From Felis catus (lineage: Eukaryota): a DNA stretch of 64,000 nucleotides. Below are positions 1-13,800 of this stretch, one piece after another. The stretch spans positions 94,490,001-94,554,000 of the forward strand of contig NC_058368.1 of the NCBI RefSeq assembly GCF_018350175.1, given 5' to 3'. The number at the start of each line of letters is the position of its first letter. The stretch's first letter is position 1. A program made the position numbers and the translations under genes. The notes beneath the pieces are model-generated. The model worked only from the letters and a program-made list of their open reading frames with translations. It was not told the DNA's origin and ran no database searches.

Positions 1-470
1 GTCTCTTCCACTTCTGACAGACAATAAGTTTGATCAGTGTGCCTTGAGATTTATCTACTTTGTTAATCTGTTTCAATGATTTACTCTACTGTTTTTTTGT
101 TTTTCACTGCAATGCTTTATGTATTATTCTTTATTATTTCCTTTCTTCTTACTTTGGGCTTCCTTTTCTTTTTCTATTTTCTTAAGGTGGGTGCAAGGTA
201 AGTGATTTAAGGTATTTTTTTTCTTCTCTAACATAAATATTTAGTGCTATAAAATTTCCAGTAACTACTGCATTAGTGGCATGCCACCAATATTGTCATG
301 TTGCTTTTAAAATTTTCATCCAGTTCCACATCCTTTGTAATTTCCCTTTTGATTTCTTCTTTGAATCATGGGTTATGTAGAACTGTGCTATTTAGTTTCC
401 AAACATTTGGGCATTTTCTCATTTTTTATTGCGTGCCTGACATTTCAAAGTTTATGTTGCTCAATGCCAC
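1..470 (-). mobile_element. Old L1 (L1M-type) ORF2 fragment
   Basis: T-rich antisense L1 motif atttagtgctataaaattt...gatttcttctttgaatcatgggttat. Confidence 0.65.
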
Positions 471-613
471 ATTTTGTTACATTGCTTTAATGAATGCTGG
501 TCTTTTTTGGATAGGTATACAAGTTATTTGGTGACCTTGATCCTTGTTTGATCCCCCATGTCTTGTGTTTAAGTTCTTTGAGAATGGATCTAAAGTCATC
601 TAAAGTCACTAAA

Positions 614-820
614 GGGGCACATAGGTGGATCAGTTGGTTAAGCATCTGACTCTTGATTTTGGCTCAGGTCATGATCTCATGGCTTGTGGGTTCAAGCCCC
701 GTGTTGGGGTCCATGCTGGCAGTTGGAGCCTGCTTGGGATTCTCTCTCTCCCTCTCTCTCTGCTCCTCCCTGACTTTCACTTCCCCCCCACCAAGATAAA
801 TAAATAAATTAAAAAAAAAA
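614..820 (+). mobile_element. CanSINE
   Basis: tRNA-like head, CT tract, A tail. Confidence 0.9.
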
Positions 821-824
821 TTAA

Positions 825-1390
825 AGTTGCTTTTACCCCAAGGCTACTTTAGTTCACTGCTCAGGCATTACCTTCCTGGTCTCTGTTGAAAATCCATTTA
901 TTCTAGCAATTTCTGTACTCTGGCTTGTGGGAATTGGAACAATTCCTAGCATTGTGTGAGCTTCAGGAATTGTTCACCTTTCCTCTTCATGGTAGCTGTT
1001 CTTTCTTTGCTTGACCTCTTAAAGTACAGGTTAATATTTGACCAAAGGCTCGGGGTGAGGAGGGGTTATATGGACTCTGTGCAGATTTTTGGATTTCTGC
1101 CCTGAAGATTCTAGCTATCTAGGTCTCCCTGAGCATCAGTCATAGTCTCCTCAATTCAACGAGACCGCTGCACTCTGTTTTCGTTCCCTTTCCTTGTGCT
1201 GCAGTTGAGAAATTACATCCAGGTAGGCGAGGTGATTATAGAGTTCACATCTTTTGTTTCTCTTCTCTTGGAAATCACAGTCCAGTGCTTCCTGTTACCT
1301 AATGTCTGAAAACAGTTGTTTCATATATTTCATAAGAGTTTTTAGTTGTTTTCAGCAGAAGGCTAATTCTAGCCTGTGGTACTATAGAAG
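825..1390 (-). mobile_element. Old L1M 5'-region fragment
   Basis: tgtctgaaaacagttgtttcatatattt...tttttagttgttt resembles L1MB/MC 5' ends. Confidence 0.5.
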
Positions 1391-1759
1391 TCTCATCATC
1401 TCTAGATTTGGTAATGTTATTAAGTATAAAGTTAATCCTCAGTTCTTCCTCATGATATCTTGGTCTGCTCATAGTTTCTATTACATGATGTTCTACAAAG
1501 CACCTAAAAGGATCCCAGGAGAGGGAGCTAGCTGGAAAGGACCCCAGGCTGGGAAGCTGGAGCCTTCGTTCTGGTACTACCCCCGACCCCTGCCACTTCC
1601 TAGTTGTCTAACCAGTTATATAAATTCCCGGGGTGCCAGCTTCCACATCTATAAATTGAGATGGGACTCTCCAAGGTCTCTTCCACTTTGGAAATTCAGT
1701 GAAAGAAAGAATTTGTAATCCCATTGTTGTTCAAAGTGTCCTTTAAGAATACTTGTTGA

Positions 1760-1984
1760 GGGGCACCTGGGTGGCGCAGTCGGTTAAGCGTCCGACTTCA
1801 GCCAGGTCACGATATCGCGGTCCGTGAGTTCGAGCCCCGCGTCAGGCTTTGGGCTGATGGCTCAGAGCCTGGAGCCTGTTTCCGATTCTGTGTCTCCCTC
1901 TCTCTCTGACCCTCCCCCGTTCATGCTCTGTCTCTCTCTGTCCCAAAAATAAATAAAAACGTTGCAAAAAAAATTTTAAAAAAA
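1760..1984 (+). mobile_element. Young felid CanSINE (SINEC_Fc-like)
   Basis: CpG-rich body; perfect TSD aagaatacttgttg. Confidence 0.95.
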
Positions 1985-4900
1985 GAATACTTGTTGCATT
2001 TCCAATCATGCCATGTCCTGTATAAAATATAAGGTAGAACAGGGAGGTATTCAGGGGAATGAGAGTAGGAAAATTAAGAGATTAAGAGATGAGGGCGGCT
2101 CACTAGTGTGAAATGGCTGGAGAAAATTAGGATTTTTATCTGGGACCCGTTAAGGGGAGAACCGCGTGATTAAAATCCATCAGCATGTGCAGGTGTAGAA
2201 AGAATGAACAGAGAACTGGAAAAGACGTCCTTCCAGTTGCTGTTTATGCTAGGAAATCTGGCACCAGCCTCAGAGAATGACACACAAGAGAGAAATTTGA
2301 GCAATATTAGGAAAGAATTTGAAAGTATCCAAACAAGGTCAGTGAACTCAAATACCGAGCACATGATCTCACTGGTGTCACAGATAAAAGAGGTCATTTC
2401 ATTATCCTATAGAGGTGTTGAGCCCGCATGTCTCACGGGGCCCAGCTGTCTTCTCCGGGAGATGGTTTTGCTCATCAAAGATTCAGATCCTGTATCTTTT
2501 GCAAACAAGTGTAACCAGCCTATCGAAAAGGCACACCTCCCAGTTCAGTAAAAATGCGACTGTGTTTCTCCCACTGTGCTTTTACAATTTCGTCTCAGAG
2601 ATCATCTTTCCTGCTCCTGCTTAAATACTCTAACAGCCCCATAATTTACTGCTCATTCTTAGGTGACAGATGAGCTACATTCCCTAAGTCACAAACACTG
2701 TCCAGATGCAAAAATTTGAGCATCCAGTCCTGTGTCAAAGCTTTTAAAAGCTTTGAACTGAGTTAGCTGTTAAATCTCCCTTTCTCTCCCTCCACCCTCA
2801 CTCCCCCAAGCTTGGGTGGGCTTTCAGGTTAGAAGCCTGCAGTTGGTCAGGGGTAGTGGTGCTTCCTTCCCTTTCTCCACCTCAGGGTTCTAGCCCCACC
2901 CCCCCCGCCCTTTACCTTGAGAGCTGCTTCTACACCCCGACCAGGTCCGGTGGGTCTGGGGGAGACATGGAGAGGTGACACGTAGGGCAGTTCTCACCTG
3001 AGCCAGCACTCTTGCTGTTTGGCCTGACTCTGGCCTAGCACATACCTTTTTTCCCTTGAGATGTCATTTTCTCACTGTTTCCCTTTCTACTACAATGTTC
3101 TTGACCCTGCAGAATGATGCCTCTAGTTCTCCATTCTGGTGGTCATTAGTGACTCCTTCCTCAGCCCCTAGACATGGAGGAGTGCATCTCCAAGCTCTTC
3201 TAGTTTCATGCAGGTGGGCCCTGTTGGACAGAACCCAAGTCAGTCCCCGTCCTGGCTCAGTCCGTGTCTCAGGGCCCACAGCTGTTCCAAGGAACACTCC
3301 TAATCCCTGGCCTGGGGCTCACATGGGTCCCAAGGCAAGAGTATTCTTCTGGTTCCGCCTCCAACGCCTTTCCTTTTGCCTTTTACATTCCCACTGGTGG
3401 GAGTTCAACTCCGACCGGAGTCAATTTCGGCTTTCCCAGCAGTAAGCTGGGTACCAGGCTCTGAGTCTCTCTGCTTCTGCTCTCTGAGGGATCTTCTCCC
3501 TCATGGCTCACCCCAGTTTGGGGGTTTCCCTCCTCCCAGCATGCTGAGATCAAGAAGCTTGGCTAACCCGCACCACCTCCTCCCCCCCACCTAGAAATCT
3601 CTCCTCTCCTCTCTGGCCTCCGTTGCCTGACCTTCCTTCCATATGTTTTTGGTGGAGCCCAGAGGCCCCAGAAGGGCCCCAGGTTCTCAAGGCCATCTAC
3701 TCCGAAAACTTCCATAAGGTGGTTTGGCACCTCTCTCTGGGATTTCACATCTATTGTGTTTTGTTGCCTGGTGGAAACTTCAGCTTTAAGATCCTATGAT
3801 ACAAGTAATAAACCAACATGATTCATGGGCCAATCCTTGAACCACAGTCCAGTGGTGTAATATCCGTCTTTACTAAAACATTTTGATTTCTGAGGGTGTT
3901 GTTGTGTAAAAACAACTTGGGGAGAGAGGCTTTCCGGTCTTATTTAACCCTTGACCAGTTATGTCATGTAGCACTTGTTAGCTAGAGCTGTAGGCAGAGT
4001 TCATACAATGATTTGGAATGAATGAGTGGATATTTTTTATATGGCAGTAGATGGATCCCAAAGGATATCATGTGGTCTTGACCCCTAAGCCCTCTTCTAG
4101 CACAAGAAAGTTGTGAGCCCATGATTCCCTGGCCACACAAGAGGGCAGGAGAGTGGCTTTGCAATACTGAGCCGCTACGGGACAAATTGTCCCAAATTAA
4201 CTCCCTCACCAACTGACCGCGCTAAACCCAGACTTGTCAGGCACCATAATAGCATGTTTCGGCGAGGTTTGAAGGGAACAGAGGGTGGATGGTTCTATTT
4301 TCTGAGGTCAAGATATCTTTACAGGGTTGCTTGAATCCAAAGCAGAGAGAGAGAGAGAGAGAGGGAGGGAGGGAGAGAGAGAAGGGAAATAAATACCAGT
4401 GTTGAGTTCCCAGATGTGGCATAACCAGATCGTGTGTGTTTCTGGCTGGCCCTGACCTTTGTAGTTAGGACTGTGAGCCAGAAGGGCTGTGTGTTGTAGG
4501 GACTTTTTTCCCTTTTTGTTTGTTTGTATAAAACCAGGGAGGGAAATAGTTGAGTAAAATCCAAGAGTTTCTTCTATTTCACCTCTCAAGAGGCCTGAAT
4601 CATGGAATAGGAAGGCACTTGCTTGCTATTTGCTTCAAGTGGTGACTCTCTGCGCTGATGTCTCTTAGCCTTTTTGAACCTGTAGTCCCCTTTGAGAAGG
4701 TTAAAACTTTCCCACTTCCTTGAAGAGTCTGATTTTCTCTCCTGACCTTGTAGCTTCCTTGAGAGGCCTATGCTTTGTGAGGTCATGGTAGTGGAGATGT
4801 TACCAAGCTTTATGTTTTATAGTTTCTATTACAAAAACAATAGGCATGTGGTGGCTTTCCAGATGGATAAGCACGTTTTATAAAATTGGCTGTGCTTTTT

Positions 4901-5107
4901 CACTCTACATTATACTTTTTCAGGCTAATTTATTACCATTAGTACAAAATGACCTACAATTCCAGGGAGCTCACAGGCCTCATGGAGACGAGGCATGAAC
5001 TTCCAAGGGGGCTGTTTCTCCCAACCCTAGATGACTCAATCATGGTCACCTCAGGGGCTCCTTTTTCAATTCTGTTGGATGTCTTTATCCCTGTTAGAAT
5101 CCATTTT

Positions 5108-5300
5108 GGGGGGCACCTCGGTAGCTTAGTTTGTTAGGTGTCCCAGCTCTTGGTTTCTGCTCAGGTCATGATCTCATGGTTCGTGAGATCAAGCACCGTA
5201 TCAGGCTCTGCACTGACAGTGTGGATTCTCTCTCTCTGACCCTACACCACTCATGCTCACTCTCTCTCTCTCTCTCAAAATAAATTAATTAACATTAAAA
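5108..5300 (+). mobile_element. CanSINE
   Basis: Head, CT tract and tail; tail-to-tail with the next copy. Confidence 0.88.
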
Positions 5301-5496
5301 TTTTTTTAATGTTTATTTTTGAGAGCGAGCTCAAGTGAGAGAAGGGCAGAGAGAGAGGGAAACACAGAATCTGAAGCAGGCTCCAGGCTCTGAGCTGTCA
5401 GCACAGAGCCCCATGGGGAGCCCGAATTCATGAACCACAAGATCATAACCTGAGCTGAAGTCAGACGCTTAACTGACTGAGCCACCCAGGCGCCCC
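5301..5496 (-). mobile_element. CanSINE
   Basis: ...gccacccaggcgcccc head on the minus strand. Confidence 0.9.
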
Positions 5497-6159
5497 GTCT
5501 CCTTGAATTCTATAGTTCATCTACGTGGAGAGCAGTTTGTGAGGTTGCAAGGAATATAGCAGAATTCAGAGGTGGTTTGTTGATACATTCAGCTACTAAT
5601 AATGTGAAAGCTCAAACAGCAATAAAAGGTTGGTAGTGCCATTGCTTTCTGGATGGGGAAACTGAGGCTTGGCAGGAATGTGGGACCTGTCCAGGATTAC
5701 TCAGCTAGCAGGAGATGGAACAGAGTCCTGCAGACAAAGTGGCTGGTATCAGAGTTCACAGGCCACCTTCCAGTCCATGCAAGCAAGAGCAACGTACAGT
5801 GGGAAGCTGCAAGTAGGGAAGGCTTGTTGAAAATTCACTTTTGTCACGGTGAGGTGATGAACACATCCAGTTAGCTGACTGTGGCTGGCTTTTGAACGTG
5901 CTGATCGTTGCCTGTGAATTTTCATGTGAATAGAGGCCTTATCGTGGTAGAGGAGGGATCCCAGAGGTGGGTGGTGGTGACGGAGGGACCATACTCTCTC
6001 GTGGCACCCGTTGAATTCCCCTGTTACTTATCTAAGAGCTGGGCCTGAAGTAAGAGTAAATGCATCAGGGACACTAAGTCTCAGGGTCTTAGGAGAAAAA
6101 AAAGAATTAGCATCCACAGTTGTCCTCCCAAAACAGGTTCCCAAGTCCCTAAGTCTGTC

Positions 6160-6351
6160 TGTCTTTCTTTCAGAAAGAGAGAGAGAGAGCGAGCTAGGAG
6201 GGGAGGGGCAGGGAGAGAGGGGGACAGAGGATCTGAAGAGGGTTCCATGCTGACAGCAGAGAGCCCAATGTGGGTCTCGAACTAGTGCACTGTGAGATCA
6301 TGACCTAAGCCAAAGGCAGATGCTTAACTGAATGAGCCGCTCAGGAACCCC
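6160..6351 (-). mobile_element. CanSINE
   Basis: Antisense body with GA tract. Confidence 0.85.
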
Positions 6352-6742
6352 CCACCCCAGGTGACTGAGTCTTAGTGATTCCACAGGTTTATTCTGATGA
6401 GAGTTGTTAGCTAGGCCCCATGTCCTGTCAGACTTAGGCCCCATTGACACAGAATGAACCTGACCATCTCCTCATTTGCTCAGGACACTCTTGACCCTAA
6501 ACTATTCCCCATAAATCACCAGTGCACTGTGAGATAATGCCACTTTTAAAAAAATTTTCCATGGAGATGGGGAGAAGGAGCAGAAGGGATTTGATAAATC
6601 TACTCACCTGGAAACAAAAATTATCTTTTCCACTTGACATGCACCTGTATTGTTTACCCCTAAGAGGGTGCAAAATGAAACATTTTCTAAGTTTTCAACC
6701 CGGAAGAACATGTGAGAAAAAGATAAAAATGTGGACATTCTT

Positions 6743-6863
6743 GGAGTGCCTGGGTGGCTCAGTCACTTAAGCATCTGACTTCAGCTCAGGTCATGATCTC
6801 ACGGTTCGTGAATTTGAGCCCCACATCAGGCTCTGCACTCACAGCTTGGAGCCTGCCTGGGAT

Positions 6864-6912
<49 letters not shown>

Positions 6913-6983
6913 CTTCCCCAATTTGAGCTCTCTCTCTCTCTCTTAAAATAAATAAATAAACTTTAAGAAAATGTTTAAAAAAA
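6743..6983 (+). mobile_element. CanSINE with (CT)n
   Basis: Head, CT tract, tail. Confidence 0.9.
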
Positions 6984-7410
6984 TGCATTCTTCAGCAGAC
7001 ACTGCTTACATGTTAGTGGAAGATGAAAGCAATAGTCCGTTCCCCAAAAAGAAATCCTAGTTTAAAAAAATACTTGGTTCTCAAAAGCCTGCCATTGCAC
7101 ATTTGCTATATTTGTTCCTATTTTGTTTGCAGAAGGTTTTAAAGGCATATGATGTAATGAAGTAAATAGTATTTTGTGGTTGAAAATTAAATAGGTCTTT
7201 TGTATTTTAGGTCTTACAAGAATTGCAAGGTGTGGTGAGCCTTGGGAGCGTGTGTGTTTTAACTGGAAGGCAGTGCGGAAGATGAGGGGAAATGTTCTAG
7301 CTCCTTCCTGAATATAATTACAAGCCATCATCCCTCAATATTTTTGTGTGTGTGTCCACTAACTTGAAATAAAAATAAATAGGGTTTTTTCCCCCCCAAA
7401 TGTGTTACAG

Positions 7411-7553
7411 GGCCCTGTTAGCATCTCAAATGGAGCCAACATTTGCCAGGAGCGTTTTTCCTTGTTTTGATGAGCCAGCTCTAAAGGCAACCTTTAATAT
7501 TACAATTATTCATCATCCAAGCTATGGGGCCCTTTCCAATATGCCAAAGCTAG
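7411..7553 (+). CDS. LVRN: LVRN exon 2 (143 nt)
   Basis: ttacag|g...ctag|gtaagt; [47 protein letters not shown]. Confidence 0.95.
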
Positions 7554-8809
7554 GTAAGTAAGATTTCCTGTCATGATATGTGTGAATATGTTAATTACAA
7601 TAGTGTGCATATATATGGACCTACAGATATATGTGTATACTCGCACATACATATGTATTTAACTCTTTAATAGCTTTTATAGCAATGGCTTTTCTAGGCC
7701 GTGTGTTGGTAGCGTATTATAATTAGGGAGAGCAGTCACATGGGGTAGGTATCAGCACACACATTTTAGAGAAGGCAAGTCCTGATTCTTTTTGCACAGG
7801 AATCTGGGGACACCATTTCGTTCTACTTTGGTAGCCTGTCTGCCCACTAGTTTGGGCTTCAACATTGATCGTTAGTGATAAGCTCGCGGACTTAGGCTGA
7901 ATCTGGTACACAGATGTGTTTCATTTGGCTCGCGTGATTTTTTTTTTCCTTCTGATTGAACTTTTAAAAATCCAGAGATTTCTCATAAACATCAAGATTT
8001 TTACTCCCTTGTAAACTTAGAAGATCTAACAACGCAGGGCCTGCAGCTCCTTTGTGACAGCAATAGTTACAGCTCACGAGAGACTGTCCCCTGCAGACGC
8101 CTCCCCCCCAAACTTGCCATGGTCCCCACCACTGCCCTGTTAATGTTTGCCAGCCTGATTCACATCAAATACCTGCCCTCGGCTTTGAAGGCCCAGCTTG
8201 CCTCTACTGAAGATCTCGCTGAAACCTAGCAATGGCAAAATTATCCTTCCATGACCTGTCATAGGCTCTAGATTAAGCATCATGAGAGGTGGCCTGGTCA
8301 ATGAAACAGTAGAAGTAGATGGAAAAGATGAGAGATGGGTGGTGGGCGTCACTTGAGGTGCCCATGGATTAGGTCCACAGTCAAGACCGTGTTATTCAAG
8401 ATACTGATTCGGAGCAAAGAGGCTGTCCTTAGACCTTCCTAATGTGGTTTGTTTTTAAATGTCTATTTATTTATTTTGAGAGAGAGAGAGAGAGACAGAG
8501 AGCACAAGTGGGGCAAGGGCAGAGAGAGAGAGAAGAGAATCCCAAGCAGGCTCCACCCGATCAGCACAGAGCCAGATGTAGAGCTCGATCTCACTAACCA
8601 TGAGATCGTGACTTGAGATGAAATCAAGAGTCAGATGCTTAACCTACTGAGCCACCCAGGTGCCCATTGTTTGTTTTTAATTGAAGTACAGTTGACGTAC
8701 AAGATTACATTGGTTGCAGGTGTATACCATAGTGATTCAACAATTATGTAATATTATGCAATGCTCACCATACAAAGTTAGGACTTTTATTTTTTTAATC
8801 TTTATTTTT

Positions 8810-8840
<31 letters not shown>

Positions 8841-10834
8841 ACATACATTCAGGGGAGGGTTGGGGTGGGGGGAGACACAGAATCTAAAGCAGGCTCCAGG
8901 CTCTGAGCTGTCAGCACAGAGCCCGACGCGGGGCTTGAACTCACAGACCGCGAGATCATGACCTAAGCCCAAGTCGGACGCTCAACCGACTGAGCCACCC
9001 AGGCGCCCCTAAAGTTAGGACTGTTAATGACAGACTTCTCTATGCTGTACATTCTTTCCCCATGGAATTGGTTTTATAACCTAGAAGTTTGTAGCTCTTA
9101 ATCTCTTTTACCCATTTTGCTCATCTCCCTAGCCCCCTCCCCATTGGCAATCACCATTTTATTCTCTGTATTCCTGAGTCTGTGCTTTTTTGTTGTTGTT
9201 GTTCATGTGTTTTGCCTTTTAGATTTCACATGTCAGTGAAATTGTATGGTGTTTGTCTTTCCCTGACTTATTTCACTTAATGTGGTTTTGACAGGCTTAG
9301 GGGTGCAGAAATCCACACTGCTAGACTATGGGTGACAGTCGACTCCACACATTGTTTCAAAGGTAGCTATTACTGCTTAGGTTTAACAGTGATTTGGACT
9401 AAAACCAATTTCCGTAGGTCAGTCTGAAAAAAGAGACGTGAATGGAAGCGTGTGGACCGTTACCACCTTTTCCACCACTCCCCACATGCCAACTTACTTA
9501 GTCGCGTTGGCCATATGTGACTATGACCACGTCAGCAGAACTGAAAGGGGCCAAGAGGTGAGTGAGGAAGATTCTGCAGGTAAGGGTGCCTTCATACTGG
9601 CCACAGGTGGTTCATCCATTGTCTCTGCATCCAGGGGTTATGCCTACATTTCTCATCGTCACCTCCTGGTGGCCCCTCTGACTTTTTCCAAGCCCCGTTG
9701 ACACCCTTAGGGTGGCTTTGCAGATGGGACGCCACCATTCTCCCTTTTGGCTCTGTGGAAAGGCTGCACTCAAGGTAGGTTCTGGGCCCCCTCTTCCCGG
9801 GCTGTTGGCACCTTTCAGAAGACCGGGGAGCTGCCAAACTAGCACCTCGAAGCTCAGGTTTACCTGTTGTGTAGCCAATGCCATTCATGAAGCGGGGGTG
9901 ATAATCCAAGTGTCCGGCAGTCTGGGCACCAACCGACCAGAAGGGACACCAGCTGGGAACAACTGTAATGGCAGATGGAGTGCCTGCAGGACGGATACCT
10001 GTAGGTAGGTATCGCCCCATCGAGAAGGAGCCCTGCTGGATTCCTCAACTCTGAGACACCCAGCGCCTCCCCACAGTTGTACGACGTGGGCGCTCTGTCC
10101 TGAAATACCCAGTTTTCACCCAGTTACAGCCTCATCACATAATAATCCTCTCGGAATGGGGCGCCTGGGTGGCTCAGTCGGGTACACGTCTGACTCTTGA
10201 TCTCAGCCCAGGTCGCGATCTCATGGTTCGCGTGTTTGAGCCCCACGCTGGGCTCCGTGCTGGCAGCATGGAGCCTGCTTGGGATCCCCTCTCTCCCCCC
10301 CCCCCCCACCGCCTCTCTCTGCCCCCCCTTCAACTTAAATAAATAAATAAACTTCAAAAAATAATAATTCTTTAGGAAAATGTCAGGGCTGCTGTGACAA
10401 GTGCTTTACATGCTGGTTCACTGCCTCTTCTGCAGTGTGGAGGGAAGGCCGATTCCGTAGGCCGGGATCTTGCTTGCCAGATGGACTCCACAGAGCTGAG
10501 GAAAATCAGGCCCCCACAGTCCCATCTGAGACTCTCTCCTGGGCCCGCCCCAGATCTTCCAGGCTTGTCCCACTGACTTGTGGAGATAACAAAGCTGTGC
10601 ATGAGCCAAGTCTGTCGCCAGGGGGAGAATCACCCAGAGCTGCTCCTCTGGAGGATGCATTAATAACACCGTGTTAGACGGAGACCACAGCTTCTCTTCC
10701 TCAACTGTTGGCTCCAGCCTCAAGAATCACTGGTAGACCATTGATATCCACAGATGGAACACAGGCCACGTCAAGCACAGCCAGAAATTTTGGGCACGAT
10801 TTAGTGTTTTAATCTTTCTTAATGTTTATTTATT

Positions 10835-10882
<48 letters not shown>

Positions 10883-13800
10883 TGTGAGCAGGGGAGGAGT
10901 AGAGAGAGACAGAGACACAGAATCCAAAACAGGCTCCAGGCTCTGAGCTGTCAGCACAGAGCCCGACACAGGGCTCGAACTCACAAACTGTGAGATCATG
11001 ACCTGAGCCGAAGTCGGACGCCTAACCAACGGAGCCACCCAGGAGCCCCCTTGGGCACTATTTACAAGCGCGTGCTTTGTGCCTGGCATGAAGGAGCCGA
11101 GCCCCGGAGCTCACGAGCGACCCGAGGTGGTGTGTCAGTACCCACATCTCAAGTGGCTTGCCGTCTCAATGCTGCCATACTGCAACCGCGTCTCACAAAA
11201 GGGACAGGTCTGTTTCTTGGTGAAGGACAGCCCCGAAAAGAAAACCAGCTGCCGTTGGAAGCAGAGAGGAAATGGAACATGCCTGAGAAGGTCATGTTCT
11301 TAGCCAGAAAATTGAAATTCGGGATGAATTTATCAGCGGAATGCTGCATTTGGCGATGGCTCAGCTCTGCAAAGGGAAGGAGTCCACCATAGTCTACAGG
11401 GGAGCCAGAATGTACTCTTGGAATAGTGTCCAGAGTATATGAAGAGTTGCTTATTAAGTAAGAGATAAAAATTTAGTAAAATTGAAAATGCGGTTAATCC
11501 TTGTTGACATCAAGATAAACGTGGAAATGTAACTAAGGATGGAAATCATATATATATGTATATTATAAATATTAAGTTTATTTATTTTTGAGAGAGACAG
11601 AGAGAGAGAGAGAGGGGAGGATGAGTGGGGGAGGGACAGAGAGAGAGGGAAACACAGAATCTGAAGCAGGCTCCAGGCTCTGAGCTGTCAGCACACAGCC
11701 CCACGCAGGGCTTGAACCCATGAACCGTGAGATCATGACCTGAGCTGAAGTTAGACGCCCAACCGACTGAGCCACCTGAAAATCACATACTTTGAACAGA
11801 GCTTAGCACGCACAGGCATGTGTAAAGGGACTCCTCTCTCAGGCGGTAAGGTCCACTGTGTTCATGGAGAACCACAAGAATACACTGGTGGACTAGCCGT
11901 GGTGTTGAAAGAACTTTGTGGCCGCATCTCCAAAGTGTTCCTCACTATTTTGTGCTCCTGGCGGCCTTGCTGGGGGCTCCCTGCCCCTTCCCACACAGCT
12001 TGAAATCTCCATCCTTTGCCTCCCCTTTGGCTTATAAAATGGTAGTTTATGAGAGGGGCTTTGGAAACGTTGAGTTAAATATACAAAGGCTTGATTATTT
12101 TCCCATAGGTTACAGTGGAAATGCACACATCTTGAATGTGGGGAGTGGGGACTATTCTTTCCACTCGGTAGCTTAGGCTTTGGTTCAGCAATCTTCCCCT
12201 TGCCTCTGGAGTTAGAAATGAGGGGGGCGGGGGGAAGGTGGGTAGGTGTAGCACAGGGGCAGGGCTGAATCCTGGGGCCTCCTTCCGAGATAAGGAGGCC
12301 TCTGCTCTGCAGCATGGGGGAGGCCGAGGAGAACGAGGTAGGAGGCCTCAAAAACAGGTGGTTGCATTTTGTGAAAGGGGAACATTCCTGAAGACCTCAC
12401 GTAATGCAATGTTCACATAATTCAAGACAAGTTTTCCAGCAGAAATAAAAGTGAAGTTAAGGTGGATGTGTTCTTGGGCTGCAGCCATCTGCAAATATCG
12501 TCGCTCTGCTTCTCATTTTCCTAGCATTCTCTCTAATGTTTTGCAGAGAGCCCTTTCTCAAAGCGACTGTGTTCACATCAGGACAATTGCCCTCACACCC
12601 TCATTGCTAACTTTTGTAACAAGGTTACTGAATTTCACACACGTTCTGCGGCATGAATGTTAGCGACTCCATTAAAAAGTGCTCCGATGGTGGTGGTGTG
12701 GGATAGAAAGTGATTTCATATTAAACTAATAACGAACAGTATAACAAGAGCAAATTAGCCACCGAGTCGCGCAAATAAATTCCCGAGTCCCCAAACAACA
12801 ACACAGTTACATTAACCTAACAGAACGTGGCAAGGCTTTCTCTTTACCTGCTACAGAGGAAGGGGTCATAAACAGACTAGAATTCCCTTGTTCAACAACT
12901 GTAAAATCATAAGACTTGTGATGCACTTCTTTAAATTAGGGGAATTAACCTTATTGAAAAACTTTGAAAACAAGATCACGCACTGTTAATGATCTTAGCA
13001 TCGAAAACATTAACAAACCGTTTTAAATTTGCACAACTCAGGTGTGTTTCATAATGTACCGTATTGTGTGAGCCCTGCTAACTGCACAGTTCTGTTTTGG
13101 AACATTGGAAACATGTCCTAAAAAGGGAAGCAAGGGTCTGAGATACCCTCTTACTCTAAGATAGAGTCTACATTTTCTGTGGGGGTAGATACCATCCCAG
13201 AGATTATTTCTGAATTCCAAAAGTTACACATGTTATTGTGAAAAACAAAACAAAACAAAACACGACTGAATAACACCCTTTCCAGAGAATCACAGCTCAC
13301 ATCTTAGTGACTAGCCTTCTGGACTTTCTCCAGAGCATGTACACATTTACAGCTGACCTTGAAGAACACAAATTTGAACTGAGTGGGTCCATGTATACAC
13401 AGATTAAAAAAAAAATTTTTTTTTTTTTAGCACTTATTTATTTTTGACAGAGCGCAAGCGGGGGAGGGGCAGAGAGAAAGATGCACACAGAATCCGAATC
13501 AGGCTCCAGGCTCCGAGTTGTCAGCACAGAGCCCAACATGGGCCTTGAACTCACGAACTGTGAGATCATGACCTTAGCTGAAGTTGGATGCTTAACCAAC
13601 TGAGCCACCCAGGCACCCCAACTTCCTCATGATTTTTTAAAATAACATTCGCTTTTTCTTTTTACTACCTTACTTTATTGTAAGTTTACAATATATGATA
13701 CATATATAAAATATGCATTAATCTACTGTTTACGTTATCGGTAAAGCCTTCCCGTCAACAGTAGGCTGTTAGCAGTTAGGTTTTTGGGGAGTCACAAGTT

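Noticed and set aside
1254..1718. 154-aa ORF as LVRN exon 1
   Set aside because: It overlaps L1/MIR-like remnants and lacks the N-terminal transmembrane anchor and CpG-rich character expected of exon 1.
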